Part shown: positions 50,587 through 63,132 of the stretch, piece by piece | How the letters are laid out: every line of letters starts with the position of its first letter | How positions within the stretch are numbered: position 1 is the stretch's first letter | Source: Takakia lepidozioides | Taxonomy: Eukaryota > Plantae > Bryophyta | Direction: 5' to 3' | Assembly (NCBI GenBank): GCA_030704615.1 | Contig: CM060732.1 | Location: forward strand, 24,242,001-24,306,000 | DNA: 64,000 nucleotides | Made by a program: the position numbers and the translations under genes | Notes under the pieces: model-generated | Database searches by the model: none | What the model saw: the letters and a program-made list of their open reading frames with translations, nothing else | What the model was told of the DNA's origin: nothing

Positions 50587-52070
50587 ATACACATAGCAAT
50601 TCAATGAGGAACAAATACAGATTGTTGATGATGCCACTTACCAAGCGTGCTTCCACCATTGCCTTCCCACCACGACCAGTCTTGGTAGGATTCAGAATTG
50701 CACCATTTGCCTTCTTCATGTTGCCCGACACTGTGGACACCTCTGTCTGCCAGTAACTTACAAGCTTGTTCCATCCTCGTCAGATACAGTAATGGGTTTC
50801 CCCTTACCACCCAACCACGCAGTGTTTGGCCTTATAACGCTGGCTCTTCATTATTCTGCCATTGTTTGTTTTAGGTGGAAGTCTTTTAAACTTGTGTGGC
50901 GTATATGAAATAGCTTAGCCAGGTGATCTCTGATTTCGTATACAACTTCTCACAGGTTGGTTGTTGATGGCAAGGGAACCATCTAGCTTGCAATAAGCCT
51001 GTCCTTTAGGGCAGCGTGCCATACATTCCGGGTCTGACCATACGGGGCTCCTTTGATATCGTCAAAATCACCGTGGGAGGAAGACCTACAGCTATTCTCC
51101 TTCCTTCACCTTGGCAGCTTCAATTTTGGCTGAGCTATTAGCCCTCCTTAAAGCATGGTTCTATCATTCTTGAAACGACACCCCCCCTCCTCAGAGACCT
51201 CCATGCGCTCAGGAGAATTCAAGCAGGATCCTGCCAAGTAGGGACTGCTGGCCATGGCTGTTGGCCAGAAGGCCGAGGACCATACTGGCCATACTGTCCA
51301 TAAGCACGAGGATATTCCGGTGGCCTGCACCCAATAGCTTTAGGGGTGGCAAATATGGTGGAGGAGGATACTGGCCATACTGCCCATATGGAGGAGCACC
51401 ATATTGACCCTGACCATACTGAGTGCCAGACTGTGGGTACTGAGCATACCAATAATAAGGTGGGGGTACTGGTGGCACAGAACCCACAATGATGGGAGAG
51501 TTAGGGCCACCTCCTGCGTTCTTGTGGGCGCCATCCCATTGCTAGCAGCAGGGATCGTGATCAGTGCGCTTGTGCTTGCCCTAAAAGAAATTCCCCTAGT
51601 ACAATGTGGGTGATTACACATACTATAGGCAGCAAGCAGCAAATCCTTGAATTCAATATAACAAACTGGAAGCACATATCATTTGTAAAGACAAGATTAC
51701 CCAAACTCAGTATGATCTTGGGCAGTAAATCTCCAAATTTGATTGGCCCCAACGATGTCCTCCCAGTACATTTTTGAGCCTCTTAGGTATGTGGTGTTCC
51801 TGAAATCCCATAGCAAGAATCAAATGGACAAACCTGATGGGTCCATGAGAAGTATCCCTCCAAGTTTTACTGATATTCTGGGTGCATAAGTAACCCAAGT
51901 ATCTCTATAAGTAGCCATTGTAGCTTAGTACCAGGACGTTGTTTTCATGGGGCAAAGAATTTGAACACACCTGAAGTCTACTTGGCCTGACATTCATGCC
52001 TTTGGCACTTCAACTTGTCTTGTGGAAATCATTTGTGATTGTGCCTTGGCTGACCCCTGCATTGTCCAAC

Positions 52071-55000
52071 TGTAGTGTGAATGCAGGGGACAGAACATTA
52101 CATATGTTTACCATTACGACCTACATCACTATGACGGAGTGCCCGTCATCCCAAACTGCAGAAAGATGTATCCTTCATGTAGGTAATTTCATGAGCACAC
52201 TGAACTTATGCTTTGCCAGGAGAAAATGGCTAAGTCATGACGGTACACATTTTCATCCATGCGATGAACGTTTTCATCACTGGTTCTTGACCTAAAAGAT
52301 CGCGGGTTGAGAAAAACGAAGAGGAAGATGACGGATGGCTCGTAGCGGCTGTTGTCAAGCAGTGGTGTCGGCAGGGCCCGTGTTAGGAGGTTGTACCTGC
52401 GCGGTGGGATCTTGCTTGGCTTAGGAAGCGGCATTAAGAGGCCTCTGCTTGGTATTCTGTGTAGAAAGAAGCGGTCCGCCTCTCTCGTAGTGATGATCAT
52501 TCCAAGAGATAGAAGCATCTAAGGAAAGCGGCGCACCACCACTGCCGCCAGTGCCTTGAAGATGATAGTTATGGCCGATGAGCAAGCAAGGAAAAGGCCC
52601 GCTGCTGAAAGCACAGTGAAGAGGGTCTGGGCACAATCAATGGGGGGGGAGGTAAAGCATGTGGAGTTCTGGCTGCATGGTATCTCAGGTTCTCTGTCAT
52701 TAAGCTTCTAGCTGCTTTGTGTCTCCTTGTTATAGGACCAGCCAATTTCGAGAGGAAGAATTGCATAGTGTAATCGGTTGTCAGGCCACAGGATGGTCCA
52801 AGTGAAGAAGGGGAGCCATCATGGCGTCATAAGGTCTGGAATCAAGACAAAGAGAAAGGGTTAAGTGGCTGCTGACGGCGATGCAAGGTGCCACCTTGAC
52901 AGGCAGACCCGCCGCTTCACTAGTGGATAAAAAAACAGATAAGTCGATGAACAGAGGCTTCTTTTGGGGAGGACTTAGAAACTGCTTTGGTAGATTTAGG
53001 ACTGCCATCTTGGCAGAAGAGAGAAGGTATTTGGGCAAGGAGAGAGCTGCAAATTCTAAGGGGCTGTTAAGGGGGGGGGGTTTTGGCCAATTTGGCGAGA
53101 TGAGATGAAGAAAACCTGAAAGAAACCAGTGCCCTGCAGACCATGAAGATCTGAGCTGCATCCTCCTAAATCTGTGTCACCACTACAAAAAAGGGATTTC
53201 CGACCTGTCACTGCTCAAGTGGGCTTCACATAAAGGATCGTGTTTTACCGCTGCCATTGGGCTGATTTGCATCACTGAATACATCGCACCAGCATAGCTG
53301 GTGCTGTACCTGCTGATAGGGGATGTTGTGTAAAAGGTAGAACCAAGCAGTGAACAACAAATTGACTCCCCATCCATGTCTTTCCCTTCCGCTGCGGCGT
53401 GGATGAGGATTGCTTGAACTCTGATCACGAGGAGGCTGAGGGAAACCCCAGCCAAGTGACGACAGTTTGGACAGATTAGAAGAAGAACGCTTCTTTCCTC
53501 TTGCTCCGCAATCAATGGAGGGGAGCACAATTAGAATTATACAGAAGGGGATTCACGCCCCTTCTTTTGGTATCAGAGCTACGTTGTTAAATCTTGATTT
53601 CTACTAGCTAGGGATCTTGACTGGTATTGGATGGTTTGATGGCAGGAAGAGACCACACACTGATTCCTGATGAACCAAGCATTGGAGATTGCTGATTTGC
53701 TTCAGCAGACGCACACCAAATGCAACACCAGACCCTTGTTTGTACTTCTTCACCCTGCTTGGAGAATAGCGAATGGTGATTTATGTCTTAGAGTAGACAT
53801 ACTGGTGGAAGAACAACATAGCACTTTGGATAAGAGAGTTAGGAAGGTGGTGAAGATAAATACCATGGCACGAGAGGTGACATGGGAGGTAGAGTAGAGA
53901 TGTTGGCGAAATGGACAGTGGGAGTGGTATAGAGGTCAACATTAAGGGAGTTGCGGGAAATTAGAGTCAGAATAGGTGTTGGAAACAATTTGAACTTTGA
54001 CTAGAGAATAGAAGGATGACCAGTCCAACCAGCATAGATGCGCCTTATCATGGTAGGAATATGAGGATGTAAATGACTGGCTGGAGAGGATTCAGATGTA
54101 GGCAGATGTCAGATTTGAATGAGGACAAAACTTTCAAGGTAGCAAGGCTCAACCTGAGAGCCGGCTGATGAATGGTACCGTAAACAAAACCTAGACCAAC
54201 ACTGGGTGGACTTTAGGGCAGCAATTTCAGCCAAGTTTGGTAATCGTTGACTTGGCAGAAATTAGGCTAAGATGGATACCATTAAACAGGAGAGTAGACA
54301 AAGGTTCAAACATCTTCGATAGGTGAACCGGTTATTTATAAAGAAGTGGGCGTCTGATTTGGAACAGAGGCGTAGATTTGCAGCAGGTTTGAGACCAAAT
54401 AGCAAGAGTAATTCTGGGCAGGCGCTTCCCATTGATGTAGAGGAAGCACTGGACACAGCCATTGAGATTGAAAGGGGCCTGGGAAAGTTAGGGGAAATAC
54501 CTCTAGAGCCCATTGGAAGGAGATGATACAGATGAGTCAGTTGTGTTTTGTTACCCTGTGGACAGAAGACTCTGATCATCTGAACACTACCCTCAGAAGT
54601 ACTTTGATAGGGGACCAGTCATAGGAGAAAGCTCGGGATCTAGAACACCACCTCGTGTTCGCCTTTGTATGTTTGTCACAACGAAGGTCACATAGCTTCA
54701 TATTGTCCTGAAGGAAGAAGACCCAGCTAAGTGTGACAATGTCACCGTTCGGCATTCCATCCACGGAACTGTGTGGTGTGAGATGCACTTTGCAAGCTAC
54801 TCGGGCACACGGAGAGTGAGTGCGGTCGAAAACTCGACACCATGATGGGAACTCCGGGAACTAACTTTGTAGATGTGTTCTATGTGATGAGGATGATGTA
54901 CTCACAGAGATGACAGATCTGATGTCACGAAATAGTATCAATGAAGTCAGACTTCCACGCATACCTGTCCAGAGTCCGATTGTTGAACCTATAGGGTCAC

Positions 55001-58000
55001 CAGAAAGGAATAGTGAGAGCAGTGAACAGCCAAGCAAGACCAAGATAAAAACTACCCAAAGAACAATTTCAAAGAATGCCGATAGAAGGAGGTACGAAAT
55101 CCAGAATCTTGAACCACTTCTACAAAGGGAGAATATCGTTGGTCACCCATGGACCTGATCAGACTGTGCCCGGAGAGTTAGACAAACTAAAAGGGCTGGT
55201 CAAGTGGTGGAAAGATCAATGGTCCAACAAAGGGAGACAACTCACGTGTAGAGTTGTTCAGGATGTACCAAGGCCTTGTAACTCCCCACACACCCGCTGA
55301 CCTACGCTACGATCTCGTATGCTTATATAGGTAAGGTTAAAGCGGTTCATGTAATTGATTACAATGGGAGATTACCAAGTATTAGGCCAGATTGACACTG
55401 GTGCCATGCTTCTGTAATATCGCTAGTACAGTCAGGGATCTGGTTTGATGGGATCTGTCATTACTAGTAAGGATGTAATTACAGAGTAGTAGCCCAGGTG
55501 CTCTGAGACGGCAATGGGCAGACTTGAGACATCAAGGTCAAAGTAGGAGAACTGACCAATCGTTTGTCTTTTATGGTGTGAACACGGATACATATCACAT
55601 GTGCTGGGATTAAGACTTTCTCAAAAAGTTTGGCGCTGTAGTGGACCCGAAGCTGAAACAATTCGCGTACGCTATGGGCCGGAAAGGATTTTGCTCACTT
55701 CCCTGTGCACACCATCAATTATAATGAGCCTGCAGTTACCAAAACAAAACAGCCTACATAGAGAGAGTAGAATGAGATATGCAAGCAGTACGTCAGCAGT
55801 AATGTCTTAACCCTGACGTCAGATGAACAGTACCTAGGCTGTGGAGAGAAGAAAAGAAAAACAGAGGAAGAATATGAGGACACGGAGGAAGCATCCTCAG
55901 GTTCTGACACCTCTAAATCTGATAAAGATGAGGAGATGGGAGGCTCTGAGGAGGAGAGGTAAGGAGATAGAAACAGCACTGAGGGATGTTGAGGAAATAA
56001 TAGACGAGGTCAACCTAAGGGAGGACTTGTTTGGGAGACCAAGGGATGTCGAACTCCTTCAGGAAGAGACCCATAAGAGCATGGCTGCTGCCATAATACA
56101 GGAGCTTACCAGAAAGTGGAATGTGAACTAGGGAACAACAACCTAGAAATAGAGGATGACTTCCATGATTGGAATCAGGTTGTCACAAAAGGGAAGGACA
56201 GAGAAATGGCTAACTCTGGGAGCAGGTGGTGAAAGGTGGAGGAAGAAAAATAAAAAAAGTTGGGAAAACCAGTCAAGAGAAGAAGAAGAAGAAAGGAAAA
56301 GAAAGAAGAAATGGAGAGTCGTTGGAGAAGGATGAAATCCAGACTGCAACTCAACCCAGAAGAAACTGGCCCCGCCCAGAACATAGGATAGCAGCTGGAA
56401 CAACGAGCTGAAAGTGAAAGCAAACCAGGAAGGCTTTGCGCTTAGCAAGGCTGAATTGGGATACTGCAGTGAGGTGGAACACACAATTGACACACAAGGT
56501 TTTCCCCCTTGCAGAAGTCGTCCCAGCCGCCTATCAGAATGGGAGGAAGACGAGGTCCAAGGACAAATTGAGACTTTGATCTCACAAGGCAAGATGAGAG
56601 AGAGTAGCTCAGAATGGTCGTGTCCAGTTACCCTTCCACCAAAAAAGGATGGATCCAAGCGGTTTTGTGGTGATTTTAGGCCAGTAAACCGTTTAACCAG
56701 AAGGGACTCTTACCCTATGCCATTGATTCAGGATGTTTTAAACCAGTTGGGGAAAGCCAAGTGGTTTTCTGCGCTGGATTTACAATCTGGTTTTTGGCAG
56801 ATCAAAATGGACGACCGAGACATAGGCAAAACAGCAGTGATCACAAAGAAGGGATTGTATGAATGGCTAGTCATGCCATTCGGGCTAAAAAATGCCACTG
56901 CTACCTTTCAGAGAACGATGAATAGGGTTCTCAAGGAAGAAATCAAAGATTGCGCTAAAGTTTTTGTAGATGACGTCAATATCCATAGCAAGGACTGGGG
57001 AGATCACGTGGGACATATAAAGAGAGTATTGAGCAAGGTTAGAAAGGCCAATCTTAGGCTCAATCCGGACAAGTGTTACTTTGCCAACTTACAGTTGGTA
57101 TTCCTTGGACATGTGATCTCTGAAGAGGGAACGTGGCCTGATCCAGATAAGATAGCTGCTATTGAAAGGTTTCCCTTGCCAAAAAACCACACTGCTCTCA
57201 AAAGCTACTTAGGCATGACAGGGTACTATAGGCCCTATGTCAAAGGATATGCTGGAGTGGCAGTACCGTTGTTCACTCTAACAAAAAGGATGTGAAGTTT
57301 ATCTGGAGTGCAGAGGCACAAAACGCCTTTTCTGCCTTACAGGTGAAGTTGGTAACTGCTCCCATCCTGGCAAGACCAGATTTCTCAAGACCGTTCGTCT
57401 TGGATGTTGATTGGTCCATCAAAGGAGTAGGGGCAGTCTTGTCACAAAAGGAGTATAAAAAGGAGAGGGTCATTGCATACGCCAGTAAGGTACTATCTGA
57501 TGCTCAGCGCAAATATCACCCTATGGAAGGTGAATGCTATGCCCTGGTGTGGGGAGTATTACACTTTCGGCAGTACCTGTATGGAACCCCTTTTGTAATC
57601 AGGACTGATCACAAACCACTGGAGTGGTTGGCAACGGTAAGTGACGCATATGGACGCAGGGGTAGATGGATCATGATGTTACAAGATTTTGAGTTTAAAA
57701 TTGTTCACAGAGCAGGTGCTAGGCATGCTAACGTAGATGCACTAAGCAGGTATCCAGTGGGACCAGCTGAGGAAACCGAGGAAATCGAGGTATACTCTAC
57801 TTCTCTATACAGTCAGAAAAAAGAAGGGAGAAAGAGGGATGGAGCCTATCTTCTTAAGCTAGCTTGGGATAGGGGTGCCATCAATGCTTCGTTATTTCAA
57901 TTTAAGGAGGGTAAGGAGGAGTTGAGAGAAGAAGCTCATAGGCAAGTAGGGTATAGCAGTGAAAAAGGGGAGATGATTTGCAAAAGAGAAGAGTACTATG

Positions 58001-61000
58001 CATGTGTATGGGGCCTTTGGCACTTCAAGAAAATACTGTTGGGAAGTCATTTTTCTTTGGAAACAGATCTAGATCCATATTGGTGGCTGTACTCAGAGCA
58101 CCACATAGGCATAGACTTACTTGGTGACTTTTCATTTGAGTTCGTTCCGGGCATAGTAAGACCTTCCACAGGTAGAATGTTGACCAAGGATCATGGCATA
58201 TTGAAGGGAGAACTGAAACCAGGCATAATGCCAGATGGAGAAGGAAAGAGGGTGACCTTTGCTGCACAGACTTTTGCTACAAAAAAACAAGGAAAGGGTA
58301 TTGATCAATCAAGCTCTGTCAATCTGGTAAGGGAGGGTATTTGGAAGGATAAGGGTGCAGGAAGGAAAGAGGCTACTGCAATCAGCAACAAGGAAAGGGA
58401 GCATCTGATGCCCTCTTGTCCCACCATCCATGTGATTACCCGAGGATCTCGTGCTCGTGATAAGGAGCTGAGCGAGGTACATCCAGCCTGTGAACTTGTG
58501 GAAGAGAGATCGAACAATGAAAAGGGAAGCTTGCAAGAGACACCATTCCTTCAAGACTTGACAAGCACTCCAACTACAAGAAGAACGCGGGTGACTTCCT
58601 CATCAGAATGCCCAGCCAAGGAAAACATGGGGGGTGAGTGTTCCACTAAGACGTTTTGTTCTTCAGACAGTAATGAAACAAGTGGTTCAGAACCAGACAC
58701 TTCTTCTTGCAACAAGATTGATGAAGGGGACTGGGTACCATGGACCGCACCCACCAAAGCTACTCAGATGTCATTATTACGTGAGGCTGAAAGATGGGGG
58801 AAAAGCTCTCTCATCAGCTCTGACCAGCATACAGCAGCTGTTAAGGAGGAAAGGCAACCTGATGTGCTTGATGATGTGGAAGTCATGCACCTCTTATGTT
58901 TTGGAGAAGTCAATGACTACCTGACAAAAGAGGAGAGCACGAGAGCCAAGAGGCGGGCAAGGCAGTACTCCTATCTCAAAGGTGAGGTCTACTTTGATGG
59001 AAGGGTAGTTCCACCAAGAACTGACAGAGGGGCAATAATCACTGAAGTACATGAAGCCACTGGCCACTTTGGAGTCAGAAGAACTCAAGAGGAGATATGC
59101 CGACGTTATTTCTGGCATGATAGAACAAAACTCATCAGGAAAGTTCTCAAGGGCTGTGGTAAATGTCAGATGGCCAAACAGAACGGAGTGTTGCGCTCAG
59201 GTAGCTCAAAACTTCACAGCATTCCAGTAGTAGATCTGTTTTTCAAGTTGCAATTGACACGGCAGGACCATTACCTATAACCAGCAGGGGCAATCAGTAC
59301 TTTCTGGTGGCAATCGATCACTTCTCAAAATGGATAGAAGCTGCACCAGTGGCAGATCATACAGCAGCCCTTGCTGCCCGCTTTCTTGAGGAAGAAGTAA
59401 TTGACAGGTATAGCTGCCCACATACGTTGCTCACTGACAATGGCACAGAGTGGGAGGTGAGTTTGAAAATACATGCCACGAATACGGTATAAAGAGGGAG
59501 CATAGCGCCCCCTACTGGCCTCAGTGTAACGGTATGGTGGAAAGGGTCATTAAGTCTCTCAAACAGAGCATCACCACCCTGGGAGTTGGAAACGACACTG
59601 AATGGGATCAGAATCTCTATAAGGCCCTGTTTGGTTACAGAATGGGTGTCCATGCTTCCACTGGATTCTCACCTTTTCAGGTACTTACTGGTAGAATTCC
59701 AAGGCTGGGAATTGACAACAGGTTGCATTTTCTTACAACACCAGTAAATTCTGATGGATCTGTAGCAGAGGTCACACTTATGATGCAGCAGAAAATCCAG
59801 CTTCTCACACAGATGAAGGCAAAGCTGCGAAAAAGTGTGAAGAAAGGGCAGCGGCAGCAGGCAAGGGATTATGAAAGGAGGCATCAAACTGGGCATACCT
59901 ACTGCAAGTTGATGGAAAACAGCAAGGTTATGATGTTGAGGCCTGGAAAGAGATCTTCCATGACATCTCCATGGGAGGGACCTTATGACTTTTTGGGGTA
60001 CAAAGATGCAGGAAACACCACAAGGACAGGGAAGCTGCACGCAGATGCAGGCTAAGAGATGGGGCAAACAAGGAATGGACAAGAAGTAGGAGGGACTTGA
60101 AACCCTTCTTACCACCAGTGTGTGATCAGCCAGTGAAGGTGGTCAGTGAGGACCCTGACACTTAAAAAGGGAGACACACTACATATGTAGTGTGAATGCA
60201 GGGGACAGAACATTACATATGTATACCATTACGACCTACATCACTATGACGGAGTGCCCGTCATCCCAAACTGCAGAAAGGATGTATCCCTTCATATAGG
60301 TAATTTCATGAGCACACTCAACTTATGCTTTGCCAGGAGAAAATGGCTAAGTCATGACGGTACACATTTTCATCCATGCGATGAACGTTTTCATCACTGG
60401 TTCTTGACCTAAAAGATCACGGGTTGAGAAAAACGAAGAGGAAGATGACGGATGGCTCGTAGCGGCTGTTGCAAGCAGTGGTGTCGGCAGGGCAGCCTGT
60501 GTTAGGAGGTTGTACCTGCGCGGTGGGATCTTGCTTGGCTTAGGAAGCGGCATTAAGAGGCCTCTGCTTGGTATTCTGTGTAGAAAGAAGCGGTGCCGCC
60601 TCTCTCGTAGTGATGATCAATTCCAAGAGATAGAAGCATCTAAGGAAAGCGGCGCACCACCACTGCCGCCAGTGCCTTGAAGATGATAGTTATGGGCAGA
60701 TGAGCAAGCAAGGAAAAGGCTAGCTGCTGAAAGCACAGGAAAGAGGGTCTGGGCACAATCAATGGGGGGGGAGGTAAAGCATGTGGAGTTCTGGCTGCAT
60801 GGTATCTCAGGTTCTCTGTCATTAAGCTTCTAGCTGCTTTGTGTCTCCTTGTTATAGGACCAGGCCAATTCGAGAGGAAGAATTGCATAGTGTAATCTGG
60901 TTGTCAGGCCACAGGATGGTCCAAGTGAAGAAGGGGAGCCATCATGGCGTCATAAGGTCTGGAATCAAGACAAAGAGAAAGGGTTGAAGTGGCTGCTGAC

Positions 61001-62102
61001 GGGCGATGGCAAGGTGCCACCTTGACAGGCAGACCCGCCGCTTCACTAGTGGATAAAAACAGATAAGTCGATGAAAAGAAGGCTTCTTTTTGGTTAGGAC
61101 TTAGAACTTGCTTTGGTAGATTTAGGACTGCCATCTTGGCAGAAAAAAGAAGGTAGAGATGTGACAAGAAAAAGTTTTGGAAATGGGAATGGAGACTCTG
61201 GACTTCAGACCAGAACGTGGAAAGGATGGATGCACCTGATGTTGTGATGACAATGAGAGAAATAAGTGAAGAGAGAGAGAAAGAGAGGGCCTGTTCGTCA
61301 CTGAATTCAGAATGGTCACTGTTGTCTTCATTCTTGCATTTTGATTCAGTGTCATAAACCTGGACACCATGCTGCCGTGTGTAGTGATAACCTGGAACCA
61401 ATGTAGATCTGGCTTGTTTGTTTGGAGAGATCACTGATAGTTAGCTGGAGTTGCAAAAAAAGAAAACATGGAAAGGATAAGGTGATTTCACTATGGGATC
61501 AGGATCTGAACAACTGCATTCCACAGTTGAAGGGAAAAGAGGGATGTTGGGGTATTTGGGTTGAAGTCTGACAAAAAAAGATGAGAGCTATTTGAGCGAT
61601 GGGTCATTGAAAAGGGACAAGAGAGAGAGAAAGAGAGAGAGACTGTTGGATGGGATGGTTGTGTCTTGAGAGACCGAGGATGACTTCAAGGCTGGCCGCA
61701 CTGGATGCCTAGCAGCGTGTGCATTCACATTACATGACAGATCTGCTGCTATGAAATAGTTGGGGAACCTGGGGACATAAACCAGATAGTGAAACAGACA
61801 AAAAGGGAAAGGAAAGAGAGAGAGAGAGTGAAAAATGGGATTTGGGCAAGGAGAGAGCTGCAAATTCTAAGGGGCTGTTGGGTGGGGGTTTTGGCCAATT
61901 TGGGGAGATGAGATGAAGAAAACCTGAAAGAAACCAGTGCCCCTGCAGACCATGAAGATCTGAGCTGCCTCCTCCTAAATCTGTGTCACCACTACAAAAA
62001 GGGGATTTCCGACCTGTCACTGCTCAAGTGGGCTTCACACAAAGGATCGTGTTTACCGCTGCCATTGGGCTGATTTGCATCACTGAATACATCGCACCAG
62101 CA
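52071..62102 (+). mobile_element. Ty3/gypsy element B with direct LTRs; degenerate gag/protease, RT-RH-INT; 3' LTR truncated
   Basis: LTRs 52071-~53565 and 60186-62102 (both start TGTAGTGTGAATGCAGGGG); tRNA-iMet PBS TGGTATCAGAGC 53568-53579; protease IDTGA ~55390; PPT-like AAAAAGGGAG ~60164-60173. Confidence 0.92.
56414..60055 (+). CDS. pol: pol of gypsy B (RT, RNase H, long insert, integrase), split by frameshifts
   Basis: RFCGDFRPVN, ALDLQSGFWQI, MPFGLKNATATFQR, FVDDV, LDVDWS, EGECYAL, TDHKPL, HEATGH..CGKC, IDHFSKW, TDNGTEW, QCNGMVER, WEGPY. Confidence 0.93.
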
Positions 62103-63132
62103 GAGAGCGGCAGTCGCGCGGCTCATCTTTCTCGAGTTGAGCCTACGCGACCGAGCTCCTGCATGTGTTTAGGTTTGAGTGTGCTTATGTAGGGGTACAG
62201 GTTGTTGTGGGGTGGAGTCCCCATAGCTTGGGGTGCCCCTGGCTCGACTTCAGTTTCAATGAGTGATAGCGATGGATTTTATATTTCTTGTGTTGGGAGT
62301 GTGTGTCCTTTCTAGCTTGTTTATCACTCGAGAAAGATGAGGCTTGCATCTGTGAGTGCCAGAGGTGAGTTTAGTTTTAAGCACTTGTGGTTTTTTGTTT
62401 TAGAAGTGAGAGAAGAAAATTATGGTAGATTATGTTTGTGACAAGGCTGGTGGAGCAGCAGGATGATGCGCAAATGTAAGGAAGACTATGTTTGTTGGTA
62501 GCTGCTGACAACCGTAACTCTGTCCCTGGACTTCTTCTCCGGAGGTGGAAGACTGTATGCAGCATGCATGCAAGAGTGTGGTTGTGACAAGAGAACAAAC
62601 GCTTGCGGTTGAATAGTTGTTACAAGTTGGGCACTCGGTGCGTCGCTATAACTGCAACTGTACAGGAGCACCGCGAGAGGCAGATTGCTCTACAACCTTT
62701 GCTGTACTTGGTCAGTCCAATGGTGACAAATCCAGACCTTGTTAAAGCAACATAGACAGAGAAGCGATTTATAGAAAGAAGGTGAGGAGCAGTGAAGAGT
62801 GTACGGGAAAGGGAGCCCTGGCAGCCATGGCATAGCATCGTGCTCCGCACCACGGGTTATCTCGAAAGAATCGATGAAGAGTAACGATGCGAAAAGCCCG
62901 CTTACAGTGTTGAAAATATTCAACACAACCTGCGGATTATCTATCTGAGTGCTTCTGAAGCTGCATGGATTAAGCTTCTTCAACACAGCCAATGCAGTGT
63001 TCATTATATGACAGTCATGACCAAGGAAGTGAGGAAATGCCTCATCTGCTCAGCTCAAGCTTTCCCGCTCTACAAGCTCCACGCTCAAGCTCTCGCTCCA
63101 CGCTATAGCAGACACGGTGAAATGGAAGGGAT

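Larger units (their letters stand above)
34917..51490 (-). pseudogene. Spliced CACTA TnpA-like gene with internal FCP1/NIF (HAD) phosphatase-like domain
   Basis: Exons: degenerate ~51490-50642 (Pro/Tyr/Gly/Gln-rich N-terminus; WNKLVSYWQTE..TGRGGKAMVEARL), 37083-37000 (GCPPTLYEI), 36843-36417 (coiled coil), 36318-35680 (LILDLNGLL..LRP..FEVAVWS..KNLSTVW..TVLVDNTPRKAANNP; one +1 shift at C-run 36194-36197), 35459-35340, 35198-34917 (FRVGDEVRLL..TPLPY..GQTTLWS, Tnp1-type C-terminal domain). GT-AG junctions keep phase. Confidence 0.75.
33740..52070 (-). mobile_element. Large CACTA element (3' terminus at 33740; other end not identified), interrupted by gypsy elements A and B
   Basis: Terminus CACTACAACACATGCG; dense ATATGACTA subterminal repeats ~33760-34360; TnpA-like gene on the minus strand on both sides of gypsy A. 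The right boundary given is only where gypsy B begins. Confidence 0.8.

Noticed and set aside
61370-61390. TGTAGTG as the far terminus of the large CACTA
   Set aside because: It is followed by ATA rather than the expected CTT TSD, lacks ATATGACTA subterminal repeats, and lies inside the gypsy B LTR.
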